From assembly GCA_002898395.1 (NCBI GenBank), contig BEHE01000005.1:31523-95522 (forward strand): a stretch of DNA of 64,000 bases, given 5' to 3'. Below are positions 9,881 to 19,401 of the stretch, one piece after another (position 1 is the stretch's first letter; every line of letters begins with the position of its first letter). The position numbers and the translations under genes are program-made. Source of the stretch: Candidatus Calditenuaceae archaeon HR02. Lineage in GTDB: Archaea > Thermoproteota > Nitrososphaeria_A > Caldarchaeales > Calditenuaceae. The notes under the pieces are model-generated. The model saw only the letters and a program-made list of their open reading frames with translations, was not told the DNA's origin and searched no databases.

Positions 9881-10626
9881 TCTGCACTGCATAGGAACCT
9901 GTCAAGCCCCTTTCTCCTCCTCAAAATTTCCTGTGCCTTACGAGGTGAGAGTTGCCTAAACTCTACCCCCAATATTCTTGCCTTTCTAGCCGCTCTGCTT
10001 GATAATCGTGGGGCAACTATCATTTGCCTAGGCTTTGACCCAAACTCTTCTTCTATCTGGGTAGAGTACCTGACGAGCTGCTCGACATCACCGATATCCG
10101 CGCTCTCCCTCTTTATCTCTATTACCACAAGCCTCCCCTCCCTATCCACGCCGAGTACGTCGATATATCCACTTTTGGTCTTTCTCTCACTCTCAACGAC
10201 TCTAAATCCATCCTCGATTATGCTGGGCTCCGCTATGATCGCCTGCTTCATATCCTCCTCACGGGCATGTATCTGGAATTCGCCCTCATCCCTCAGTCCA
10301 AACGATGATAGGCTGAGTACTCGTGTGATAATGATTTTCAGCATTTCGGGTGGCGAAGTGCGCTTAGAGACAATCACCAGCTTCCCCTCCTCGCCCCAAA
10401 CGTCTATGTGACTTCCGGCTGGCTGCCAGTTCGTGGGCTCATAGCCCGTAGGCCGGTGGACAAGAACGCTCCTATCTTGTTTGATAACTAGGAGTCTTTC
10501 TCCGCTGCTTAGCCAGCTGATGGACCGCCCCTCATAGAACACTTCCATCTCGCCGATTATTGTGACCAGTCTGCCGGCCGTGATTGCCGACTTGATTTCA
10601 GCTATAGCCTCGTCTATACCGATCAA
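9877..10626 (-). CDS. nucS: Mismatch-specific endonuclease NucS/EndoMS
   Basis: YEGR, IKQDRSVLVH, PTNWQP, IDVLGVD...VIEIKR, QLVRY. Confidence 0.95.
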   Translation of the reverse strand: MIGIDEAIAEIKSAITAGRLVTIIGEMEVFYEGRSISWLSSGERLLVIKQDRSVLVHRPTGYEPTNWQPAGSHIDVWGEEGKLVIVSKRTSPPEMLKIIITRVLSLSSFGLRDEGEFQIHAREEDMKQAIIAEPSIIEDGFRVVESERKTKSGYIDVLGVDREGRLVVIEIKRESADIGDVEQLVRYSTQIEEEFGSKPRQMIVAPRLSSRAARKARILGVEFRQLSPRKAQEILRRRKGLDRFLCSAD

Positions 10627-10631
10627 GGTGG

Positions 10632-12236
10632 CTACGCTACCATCTTAGCCATGTAAGGTCCATGCCTCTCATATCCTTTCTTGGCATAGTATTCCTTGAC
10701 TCCGAGCCCGCTGATCACTACAACTCTCCGGTAGCCCTCGTGTTGGGCGATCTCCTCAGCCCTTCTCAGGAGCATAGCGCCTATGCCCCGGTGCTGCCAC
10801 ACCCCCCGGTCAGGCCTACTGCCTACCGGCGTCATCTCACCATAGACATGTAGCTCCCTAACCAGGGCAGCCCCGTCTAGAAGCTCGTTTGCCGGCTCCT
10901 CGGGAAGCCTAAGCCTCAGCAGGCCGGCCAAGACCCACCCATCACTGGTCTCATAAGAGATGAAGACTTCTCGGCCCCCTAGCGTGTCGTACCATAGCTC
11001 CTTAACCCCCATGGATTGGAGGTGCTCCACGCTAGTCATTGTCTGCCTTCCCACCTCGCGACATCGGATGCACCTGCAGCGTATACCGCGCCTCTCCGCC
11101 TCCCTTTCTACCAGTTCCCTCAGGTTGCCGGGGTATCGACCGTCTACAGCAACCTCGCTTGGTATCTCACGCCTAATTCTTTGTATTCTGACGTATGGTG
11201 GTGTAAGTTCTATCGTCCGGACGAGGAGGTCGACCAGCGTCTTAACATCATATGGTCTGTACTCCCCCCGTTTCCAGAGCTGGTGTAGGGGTGTGTCTGG
11301 CAGCACCATGGTTGGGTAAATCTTGATGGTGTCTGGCCTGAAGCGTGGGTCTTGGAAGATGGTCCTATACATTTCGAGGTCTTTCTCAGGGTTAGAGCCT
11401 GGGAGTCCGGGCATAAAGTGGTATCCAACTTTGAAGGCCCTGTCCCTGAGTATTCGTGTTGCATCTACAACGTCTTGGACGGTGTGTCCTCGGGCTATGA
11501 GGCGATATATCTCGTCATCAAGTGCTTGTACGCCGAGCTCAACACGGGTCACACCAAGCCTAACCAACTCATCTGCTATTGCGGGTCTGACCCAGTCAGG
11601 CCTCGTCTCCACCATCATGCCTATCAAACGGGGGCGAGCCCACTCCGCCCTTCTCAGCGCCTCCTCAACACTACTTGATTTGGAGTTATGAAGACCGTCG
11701 AGGGCCGCCTTAATGTATGTTCTCTGCGCCTCGAGGCTTGCTGATGTGTATGTCCCCCCTATGAATATGATCTCTACCTTATCGACTTCGTGACCCATAC
11801 TCTCCAACCTTCTCATATAGTTTCTAACCTGTTCCTCGACGTTGTATCCGATGCTGCGCGCGTAGCTAACTACTGGCTCAGCTCCTGTGTAGCTCTGCGG
11901 GAACCCCGTCTGCCCCCCGCCCGGACAGTATATGCACCGGCCGTGCGGGCAGTTGAACAGCGGGATTACGGCTGTTATTATTGTAACGCCCGACCTAGTC
12001 TTGACTGGCTTGCGTCTGAGCTGTCTAAGCATTGTGGATGGGGCTCCTCGCTTCTTTAACACTTGAATCAGCTCGATGTTGCTTGGTATCTCTTTAATGT
12101 CGAGCTTCCTTGCCAAAATTATCTTTGTAGCCGAGATACTTGTGCTTACGAGTTGCGACTCTCTGAGTAGAGCCTCTGCTAGCTTTTCAGCCCCCCTACT
12201 TCCTGAGGGGTTCACCGAACCGTCCATAATAGGCAA
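10632..12236 (-). CDS. elp3: Elp3 tRNA uridine(34) acetyltransferase (radical SAM plus GNAT)
   Basis: CPHGRCIYCPGG, ETRPD, VELGVQ, KIYPT, CRCIRCREVG, RELHVYG, QHRGIG. Confidence 0.96.
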   Translation of the reverse strand: MPIMDGSVNPSGSRGAEKLAEALLRESQLVSTSISATKIILARKLDIKEIPSNIELIQVLKKRGAPSTMLRQLRRKPVKTRSGVTIITAVIPLFNCPHGRCIYCPGGGQTGFPQSYTGAEPVVSYARSIGYNVEEQVRNYMRRLESMGHEVDKVEIIFIGGTYTSASLEAQRTYIKAALDGLHNSKSSSVEEALRRAEWARPRLIGMMVETRPDWVRPAIADELVRLGVTRVELGVQALDDEIYRLIARGHTVQDVVDATRILRDRAFKVGYHFMPGLPGSNPEKDLEMYRTIFQDPRFRPDTIKIYPTMVLPDTPLHQLWKRGEYRPYDVKTLVDLLVRTIELTPPYVRIQRIRREIPSEVAVDGRYPGNLRELVEREAERRGIRCRCIRCREVGRQTMTSVEHLQSMGVKELWYDTLGGREVFISYETSDGWVLAGLLRLRLPEEPANELLDGAALVRELHVYGEMTPVGSRPDRGVWQHRGIGAMLLRRAEEIAQHEGYRRVVVISGLGVKEYYAKKGYERHGPYMAKMVA

Positions 12237-12714
12237 TCTGCTCCAAAGGCAACCTATTCTTCCTACCTATAATCCTCTTTACAGGATAGCCGAACCCGAC
12301 GAATCCTGCAATAGCTAGGTTAGGAGGAATCTTCAGCCAATTCCTCAGGGCTTCCTCATTATAGCCTGTACAGATGCATGAGACTATCCCCCTACTCCAA
12401 GCCTCTAGCATCATATTAGTTATCGCCCGGCCAGCGTCGAGGAGGTGCCAAGCATATCGCGAGTCGGTAAGAACAACCACTGCGAAGCTCGCGCCACCCA
12501 CCCATTTACCCGTAATGCTAAGGTCAGCGAGTTTCTGAAGATCCTCACGCTTATCGAGAAGTATGAAGCGCCAGTGCTGACTATTCATCCCCGACCCAGC
12601 CATGCGGCCAGCATCCAGTATACTGATCTTATCCTCCCACGGAACCTCTTTCGGGGAGAAATTCCGTATGTCAAGCTTTGTCCGTATCACATTTGTAACT
12701 GATGTCAATGACAC
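12196..12714 (-). CDS. Nitroreductase family protein
   Basis: IRNFSPK, AGSGMNSQHWRF, DAGRAITNMML, GFGYP; start moved downstream of the fixCX stop. Confidence 0.88.
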   Translation of the reverse strand: MSLTSVTNVIRTKLDIRNFSPKEVPWEDKISILDAGRMAGSGMNSQHWRFILLDKREDLQKLADLSITGKWVGGASFAVVVLTDSRYAWHLLDAGRAITNMMLEAWSRGIVSCICTGYNEEALRNWLKIPPNLAIAGFVGFGYPVKRIIGRKNRLPLEQIAYYGRFGEPLRK

Positions 12715-12749
12715 AGTTTGTTGTCTATATGGGCAAATATTAAATTTTT

Positions 12750-14459
12750 CTACCCGTATTTGAATCTGACACCGTGGCCGTCTCTCTCGTGACCGAAGTC
12801 TACTATGCCTGGTGGACCGATAACTCCGCATGTCCCACAGGCCACGCATGCCACGTGGTCGAAGTTCAGCCTAGCCCGCGCCATGTCCTCTATCGTTTCG
12901 GCCCTAGCCAGGGCCTTTGCCTTATCCCCCGCCACGCCCTCGGCAACTCTTCTAGCCAGGTTATACTCGTAGAGGTCTTTCAGGGAGGCGAAAACCCCCT
13001 TCTCTAGAACCAGAGTATAACAGTTTACAGGACAGGCCGACACCCACATCTTAAGCCTCTGCGCGGAGGCCTTGGCGGTATCCACTTTTATGTGGCTGTA
13101 TTCCTTATCCTCGTCATAGTCCAGAAGCCCGGTCCTCTCTTGTACCCTCTTAATAGCATCAATGTTTAGGGGGTTGAAATCTTTCTGGACTTTGGCCTCT
13201 ACCTTCTCGCCGGTGAGCCGCAGCATAAACCTCGGCGCGAGTCTGTATGCGATTGAGGATTCGGTGAGCATCGCATTTCTCCCAGACCTCTGGACATCCC
13301 TGTAGATTGGTCTGAGCAACTCCTTATAGATGGCGAGGGTTTTAGCGCTGAAGTCCCCCTCCTTAGCGGCCCTGAGATACGCCTGTGCTGCCATAATCCC
13401 GGTAGCAACCGCCCGCCTCATCCCATCTATAAGGCCCCCAATCTTGATGAAGGCACCTAGTGCATCACCCGCAACTATATAGCCTGATGTGTAGGGCTGC
13501 GCTAGCATCGTTTTATAGCCCTTCGGAATATTATGCGCTGAGTACTCTACTAGCTCAGACCCTTCTAGGAGGGGCGCAACCTCTGGGTGGGTTTCTAGGC
13601 TCTCGAGAATGTCGAGTGGCTTACCAAGGATATCCATCTTCTCTATGGCACGGTCAAGGAATGAGTCTAGCGAGATGACAACGCCTACGCTCAAGGTGTC
13701 GTGGTTAGTGTAGAGGAAGCCGCCGCCATTTACACCCTGCATGACGTCGCCCATGTAGAAGATTGCCTTCCCCTCACCGGGCTTGAGTCCAAACCTCTCC
13801 TCAATTTTCTCGGGGGAAAGCCTGTAGACATGCTTAACACCATGATAGACTTTATCAGGGGTGAGAGGGGGCCTAAGCCCAGTCCTGTCTACAAGCCTTG
13901 AAGTTACGCCCGAGGCATCGATAACCAGGTTACATGTGACTGTTTCGGAACTCGTGATTACTCCTCTTACCTGGTTATCCTCACGGTAGAGGTCCTCCAC
14001 CGCCTTATAGGTGACCACCACTCCGCCGCTCTCAGATACCTTCCTGGCCATCCACTTGTCCAGCTTGGCCCTTAGGACTGAATAGCCCTCCGACCCGGTC
14101 AAGTTAAAGCCCGTGACGCCCAGCTTGTTTAGGAACGAGCCCTCTCCTATCCGCGCCCTCCTATATACGACATTCCCATTCCACGTCTCCGGCTGGGATA
14201 AGATGGCTACTTCGTGGGAGACTATCTTCCTCTCTAAAGGAGCCTCCTCCCTAAATCCAGGGAATGCGTCATCAAAGCTATACCCCGGGAGGTACTGGGT
14301 GTATATGACTCCCCCTGTAACGTTTTTTTGCCCGGGGACCTGCGCCTTATCGACTAGGGCTACATCGACTCCCTGTCGGGCTAAGTAGTTGGCTGCCGCG
14401 CAGCCGGCTGGGCCCGCCCCCACCACTATCACGTCGTAGTCAGGCTTCACCCTCGCCAC
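12750..14459 (-). CDS. fixC: ETF:quinone oxidoreductase FixC fused to ferredoxin-like FixX
   Basis: VVGAGPAG, GQKNVTGG, GGFLYTN, EYSAH, GDA; C-terminus SACPVNCY...CVACGTC...GVRFKYG is FixX-like. Confidence 0.9.
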   Translation of the reverse strand: MARVKPDYDVIVVGAGPAGCAAANYLARQGVDVALVDKAQVPGQKNVTGGVIYTQYLPGYSFDDAFPGFREEAPLERKIVSHEVAILSQPETWNGNVVYRRARIGEGSFLNKLGVTGFNLTGSEGYSVLRAKLDKWMARKVSESGGVVVTYKAVEDLYREDNQVRGVITSSETVTCNLVIDASGVTSRLVDRTGLRPPLTPDKVYHGVKHVYRLSPEKIEERFGLKPGEGKAIFYMGDVMQGVNGGGFLYTNHDTLSVGVVISLDSFLDRAIEKMDILGKPLDILESLETHPEVAPLLEGSELVEYSAHNIPKGYKTMLAQPYTSGYIVAGDALGAFIKIGGLIDGMRRAVATGIMAAQAYLRAAKEGDFSAKTLAIYKELLRPIYRDVQRSGRNAMLTESSIAYRLAPRFMLRLTGEKVEAKVQKDFNPLNIDAIKRVQERTGLLDYDEDKEYSHIKVDTAKASAQRLKMWVSACPVNCYTLVLEKGVFASLKDLYEYNLARRVAEGVAGDKAKALARAETIEDMARARLNFDHVACVACGTCGVIGPPGIVDFGHERDGHGVRFKYG

Positions 14460-15546
14460 CTCCTAAACATTCTACGATCTTAGGTAAAACTTCGTAGAGG
14501 TCACCTACAATGCCGTAGTGGGCAATCTGGAATATGGGGGCTGCGGGGTCTGTGTTTATGGCCACTATCTTCTTGGCCCTCATGATGCCGACCCTGTGCT
14601 GTATCGCGCCGCTTATCCCTGCAGCAATGTAAATGTCGGGTGAGACGGTCTTTCCAGTCTGCCCCACCTGTCTATCCTTGACAATTAGGCCTTCAAGCTC
14701 CTTGATACCGGAGTAGATCAGAGCCCTCGACGCGCCTATCTCGGCCACAACTCCCAGCCGCTTCTCAACAGCATTCTTTAACTTCTCCGCATATCTGTAA
14801 GCCTCTGCCGGGTTTCTCGGATTCCCCTTAGCGTCCTTCAAGACCCCCAAACCAAGGCTAATTATCACCTTCGCCTCTTCGAGCTTTACGGGACTCTTAG
14901 GAAGCCTCCACTCCTCCATAACCTCGACGGCAAACGCCTCTGGCGGTATCTCAACCTCCCATTTGACTACCTCTCCCTTCCGAGACTCGTCCCGCGCTAG
15001 TGGTGTAAATGAGCCGGGCCTGATGTTACTCATCTGAGGTCTGTGCCTCGGAGTGAAGATCTTGGCTATGCGTGTTGCGAAGTCAGGGCGTACTTGTGCG
15101 ATGCAGTCCTTAAAGACCTTGGTCCCCTGTGGCGTATGCATTACAAAGTCCTCAACGAGGAGGTCTATGCAGTCTGCCGCTAATCCTGTAGCCGTCCTAT
15201 AGGCTACGCGTGCGCCTAGCTCCCTACCCATCTCGTTAGCTACGAAGAGGAAGGCCCAAGGCTTTAGCTTAAGCACCATGTCTGACAGAACGTAGGCATA
15301 GGGAATTGCCTGGTAGCTCTTCAGCAGAGGAGTATCACACACTATTACCTTATCTGCGCCGTAATAGATCGGCTCCGGAGCCACTTTCTCGAGGTTATAT
15401 CCTAGAAGTATCCCCACGACCTTCATGTTCACTTTATCAGCAATCTTCCGGGCTCCTGCGATTATCTCCGTTGTCGGGCGGGTAAGCTCGCCGTCTTGGA
15501 CCTCACAATAGACCCAAACGTCCCTATACTCAATGCTCTCTTGCAA
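14440..15546 (-). CDS. fixB: Electron transfer flavoprotein alpha subunit (FixB)
   Basis: GLAADC, QVGQTGKTVSP, GISGAIQH, AINTDPAAPIF. Confidence 0.95.
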   Translation of the reverse strand: MQESIEYRDVWVYCEVQDGELTRPTTEIIAGARKIADKVNMKVVGILLGYNLEKVAPEPIYYGADKVIVCDTPLLKSYQAIPYAYVLSDMVLKLKPWAFLFVANEMGRELGARVAYRTATGLAADCIDLLVEDFVMHTPQGTKVFKDCIAQVRPDFATRIAKIFTPRHRPQMSNIRPGSFTPLARDESRKGEVVKWEVEIPPEAFAVEVMEEWRLPKSPVKLEEAKVIISLGLGVLKDAKGNPRNPAEAYRYAEKLKNAVEKRLGVVAEIGASRALIYSGIKELEGLIVKDRQVGQTGKTVSPDIYIAAGISGAIQHRVGIMRAKKIVAINTDPAAPIFQIAHYGIVGDLYEVLPKIVECLGGGEGEA

Positions 15547-16738
15547 TGCTCACCTTCACCCCAAACAGCTCCTCGACAAGATCCTCAAGGCTAAACACCT
15601 TGAGCATTCCACGTCCCTTTAGATGGTCTAAAACCTCGGGAGGCAGGTCATCCGCCTTACTGAGCCTCTCGAAAGGTCCATACTTCTTACCATTAAACTC
15701 AAACTCCTCTACGCGGGTCGAGAACACAAGGGTCTTGCCGACGAACTTCTGAACAGGTGGGCCCCCGATATCTATACCTGGCCCAACTATTGTCGGAGAA
15801 CCTGCCAACCCGATCAATTGTGGGTCTGCGCCCAGCATATCCGCGTTCCATACCACGCTCTCTAGGACTTTCTTAGCATAACTGTATAAGCGAGCCCTCT
15901 TCTTCAACCTGAGCTGTGGAGTATGGGGGCGATAGTCGGTAGCAATAGTGATCACGCATGGTAGAGGTACGCGAAGCTTCTGGACCATGTCGCCTAACTT
16001 GCGTTCGACGTAGATGCACCCGGCTTCTGGGTCGGCTTCAAGCTCTCTGACATACGTCACACTTGGAATGAATCTGCCAAGCATCCCTGAAAGGGCCTCA
16101 GCTACCTGAGGGCCAGTACTCCCCGTCTCACCGTCACTCGTCTTTATGCCTGCGATAACAACGAATCTTTCCACCTCCTGCCTAACCTTCTCCAATAACC
16201 TGACCGCCTCATCCCTTCTTATTTCACCCCTTAACACCCTCTCAGTCAGAGTCGATTGTTTGATCGTAGGTAATTTAGAGTAGACAATGTTCGGGACTAG
16301 ATTCTTCTCATAGAGTTCTTTCGCCTTTTCTGCGAAAGATTGGGGACTCCCACCATCTTGCAGAAGAGATAAAAGCTCGTCTACGGCCGCTAAATGTGTC
16401 TCGACAACTTTTTTGACGCCTAGGCTGACGGTATATGCTGTAGCCCAAGTATCAGCGCCAGCCATCCTCCTGTCGCTGAGAATGTAGGACTCATCCACCC
16501 CTTCGACAGGAGCGTCATAGAGGCTCGCGGCTATGGGTTTAAGCTTGAAATCAGGTCCCATGGTCAGTGCGACAACCTTGCCGCCAAATGCCCTTTTCAA
16601 GTAATCAGCCGCCTCTATAGCCTTATAGTCAAACGGGTTCATAACTAGGTCCATCTCCTCCCTCCGCAGGACACCCCCGACAGTCACGATCTTAGTTGTT
16701 CTCGCAGGAACTGCCTTGTACAGAGATATGACAAGCAT
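15530..16738 (-). CDS. fixA: Electron transfer flavoprotein beta subunit (FixA) with internal insertion and C-terminal extension
   Basis: MNPFD, TMGP, SDRRMAGADTWAT, DGETGSTGPQVAE, GLAGSPT. Confidence 0.93.
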   Translation of the reverse strand: MLVISLYKAVPARTTKIVTVGGVLRREEMDLVMNPFDYKAIEAADYLKRAFGGKVVALTMGPDFKLKPIAASLYDAPVEGVDESYILSDRRMAGADTWATAYTVSLGVKKVVETHLAAVDELLSLLQDGGSPQSFAEKAKELYEKNLVPNIVYSKLPTIKQSTLTERVLRGEIRRDEAVRLLEKVRQEVERFVVIAGIKTSDGETGSTGPQVAEALSGMLGRFIPSVTYVRELEADPEAGCIYVERKLGDMVQKLRVPLPCVITIATDYRPHTPQLRLKKRARLYSYAKKVLESVVWNADMLGADPQLIGLAGSPTIVGPGIDIGGPPVQKFVGKTLVFSTRVEEFEFNGKKYGPFERLSKADDLPPEVLDHLKGRGMLKVFSLEDLVEELFGVKVSIAREH

Positions 16739-17259
16739 GCATTATCGCGTAACTATAAGTAGAACCCGAAAATATATAGCTGAGGGCATTATTCCGCTGG
16801 GGCTAAAAACCTCTGACGCCTCAAGTCAGTCTTTATGACCTTTTTAAATCACTTCTCTTGAAGTGTTTTTAATGTCCTCTCCCAGCTCTCCTTGTCAGTC
16901 TTTATGGTTGGGTATAGGTCATCATCATACTCCCTGCCAATGTTATAAACCTCTACACCACGTTCTCTAGCAGTATCGGCTGTATTCATTAGCTTCTTGA
17001 TAGGCTTCTATAGACATGAGGGTGGATATTTTATAGAATAGGTGGTCAGTACAGCCCTGGTAGAAGCCCCTCAGGATAGAAGAAGGTATGGGCGGAGCCG
17101 TGGTGCGGGATGAGCCTGTCACCAAACCTCTCATCAATGCGGCACGTATCGCCAGCCTCCCCTTCTGAGCAAGGCCTCTCGGAAACAGGCTCCAGCCCTA
17201 ATACCACTCGGATAGTAGAAGCCTCAGACCTCATAAGCCCATACTCCCTCTTCAGCCCC

Positions 17260-17397
17260 TTATCTTGTTGGCTTGTTTCTAAGGTTTTGTGTTGCATCTG
17301 GGGCATCTGTTTTTATGTATTGTTGAGATTTTGAGGAGTATTTAAACCCCCTATTGTATGCACCGCTACCAGTGGCTGGATAGTGTCTTAGATTCAC
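17260..17397 (-). repeat. Dispersed repeat copy 2: degenerate zinc-finger microgene (45-codon open frame, no Cys left)
   Basis: VNLRHYPATGSGAYNRGFKYSSKSQQYIKTDAPDATQNLRNKPTR*; RCPRCNTK is present in a shifted frame; aligns with 2893-3036 and 34168-34302. Confidence 0.8.
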
Positions 17398-17557
17398 ATT
17401 CTCAAGCCTTACTTTAAGAATGTCTGTGGAGTAGTCTTACCCTGATTGGCCTATCCCTGTTTAATAGTAGTTCTGAGGCCTTGGCAGTTATCCTCACCCT
17501 AAGCCTGCCTGAGTCGATATCGTATTCTAGGCTCCCTAGTATAGAGGCCTTCCTCGA

Positions 17558-17695
17558 GTGGGTAAGTATAGGGCTGGCTACAAATACTGTAGTCGATGTA
17601 GGACGTTTCAGCTAACCGATAGTGTCTATTGCCCATACTGTGGTGTGAGGCTTAGGGCTAGGCCTAGTCGTGAATGTAGGGAGAGGTGGGCCTAA
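17558..17695 (+). CDS. Zinc-finger microprotein (45 aa, CxxC-x10-CxxC), below the ORF-track cutoff
   Basis: GTG start; MGKYRAGYKYCSRCRTFQLTDSVYCPYCGVRLRARPSRECRERWA*. Confidence 0.7.
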   Translation: MGKYRAGYKYCSRCRTFQLTDSVYCPYCGVRLRARPSRECRERWA

Positions 17696-17731
17696 ACCGT
17701 ATATTAGTGTCGAGGGGGTGGATGTGGTTTG

Positions 17732-18614
17732 ATGAGGTTCTACTGTGATGTTCACCGTAAAAGGGATGACAGCGGATACAGGATAACCTACACAATGGAT
17801 GGTGAAGACTTTAGACACGTTAATTCTCCATTGGAGATTCCGGCGGGCCCTGAGACCAACTGTTCGTGGATACTATCCCGAAAATTCATACGGATGGTTT
17901 TATTGAGCTTCTTAGGAGGGGTGTCGAGGTATACTGCCTCAGACGCCTAACACTGATTAAGAAGGCTAGGGAGAGGTGGGGGGTTAAGTCGAAGTCTGCA
18001 AAGGCAGACATCAAGGCTTTGATGGCTATTGAAGAGAAATGGTTCAGAAGAGTGGATGAAGACTTCCTTCATATGAGAAGAATGATCTCGACCTTCCAGG
18101 TTCTTCACAGGACTCTCGAACAGTATAAGAATAGAGTTTAGGCGGCCTCAAAAGATGAGAGGGAGGATATTAAGGATTTAATTAGGGTTATAGAGGCGAA
18201 AGTTGAGAAGCAGGTGAGGCGGATTATCGAGGAGGCTGGAAAGAGATAAGTGGTCTACAGCAAGATCGCAGAGGAGTTGGAATCTCCGATGAGAATCATT
18301 TGATGAGCAGAGAGGCCTTAGCTGAGCTAATGATCCATGTCGCTAGAAGTACGTCGTTTCATCGATTACGGAGCTACTTAGGACTCTTCAAGGCTAGAAA
18401 AGGTAAGGACAAGTTCTATAATAAGACGGCAAGAACAGCACTCATACGACTCACATCAGAAATACTAGGAAACACAAAGCACAGAGCCAGAGATGAAGAA
18501 AAACTACTCAAGAGAATCTGGAGACTAGCGAAGGAACACCATGAGAGGCTGGAAGGTGCCGGCCTAGACAACAGGGAAAAACCCAAAGAGAGGCCGGTAT
18601 CCATGGATATATAG
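17732..18614 (+). mobile_element. IS110-like transposase pseudogene (about two frameshifts and two in-frame stops)
   Basis: Fragments RFYCDVHRK, IELLRRGVEVY, KSAKADIKAL (KxDxxD-like, first Asp replaced), a coiled-coil linker read through stops at 18139 and about 18247, then LRSYLGL..FYNKTARTAL. Confidence 0.7.
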
Positions 18615-18637
18615 GGAGTAGCAATAGTAGCTACTCC
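18615..18637 (+). other. Perfect 8-bp hairpin just after the transposase remnant
   Basis: GGAGTAGC-AATAGTA-GCTACTCC, flanked on both sides by ATATAT. Confidence 0.6.
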
Positions 18638-18979
18638 ACCCAAAATATATTAATGCCTGCCCCTTCTCGGGGTTCTTATATGTTGTCTGGCTGGTGCCTA
18701 CGGCTACACCTTCCCCCTTTTTTCCCTTCTTCTCTTTGAGCTCATTCTTGTTATCAGCATCTTTGCAAGACGGGTTATTGATCCTCGCTATTAATCCGTT
18801 TGTTGCGTATTGGTTTATGGCCTGGTCTTTATATAATCTGTTGGTGTGTTAGCGGTACTTGGGTCGCTTAGCGGTGAGCTTGTAGAGCTCTTTAAGATGG
18901 TTAGGTAGCGTAATAGTTATACTCTCCTAAATGTGGTTGTGGGAGGAGCTGGGGTATTGGTGAGGGGGTCGAGGAGGAG

Positions 18980-19366
18980 GTGAGGAAGTCCGAAGACCAG
19001 GGCTACAAGACATACACGGACAAACAATTATCCTCCAAAAAGCCTGTGAGGGGAGAGTGCATACTTTGTGGTGAGACGCTCCCAATAGTAGACGCGCTTA
19101 ACACCCGTTACCCATGCCTAACAACCTGTCTCCGACTATTTAATTCGAGGCATCTAAGAGGGTGCCATGGCGAGTATCTTAAGCAGTCTGAGAGGAAGGC
19201 ACCGATCTATTTCTACACCTTCACAGCATCTTCTCTCTCTGCGATAGTTTCTCTTCTGGCTGGGAATGTCTTTGCGGCTAGTCTATTCGCATTGGCTGCT
19301 GTGATATGTCTTGTTTGGGGGACTATTGTTCGGAGACGGCTTATCAAGAAATATGCAATGCGCTGA
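18980..19366 (+). CDS. Hypothetical membrane protein with N-terminal CxxC...HxxxxH zinc site
   Basis: CILC, HLRGCH, two C-terminal TM helices; GGAGG SD before the GTG. Confidence 0.7.
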   Translation: MRKSEDQGYKTYTDKQLSSKKPVRGECILCGETLPIVDALNTRYPCLTTCLRLFNSRHLRGCHGEYLKQSERKAPIYFYTFTASSLSAIVSLLAGNVFAASLFALAAVICLVWGTIVRRRLIKKYAMR

Positions 19367-19401
19367 GCTTATAAGCATGTGTATAGACTCTCTATCATAG
19401 A

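Noticed and set aside
12715-12849. N-terminal extension of the nitroreductase ORF
   Set aside because: It overlaps the FixX-coding end of fixCX and is not nitroreductase-like.
17046-17306. 86-aa ORF as a radical SAM fragment or real gene
   Set aside because: It starts inside the dispersed repeat, and the resemblance to radical SAM N-termini is too weak to support.
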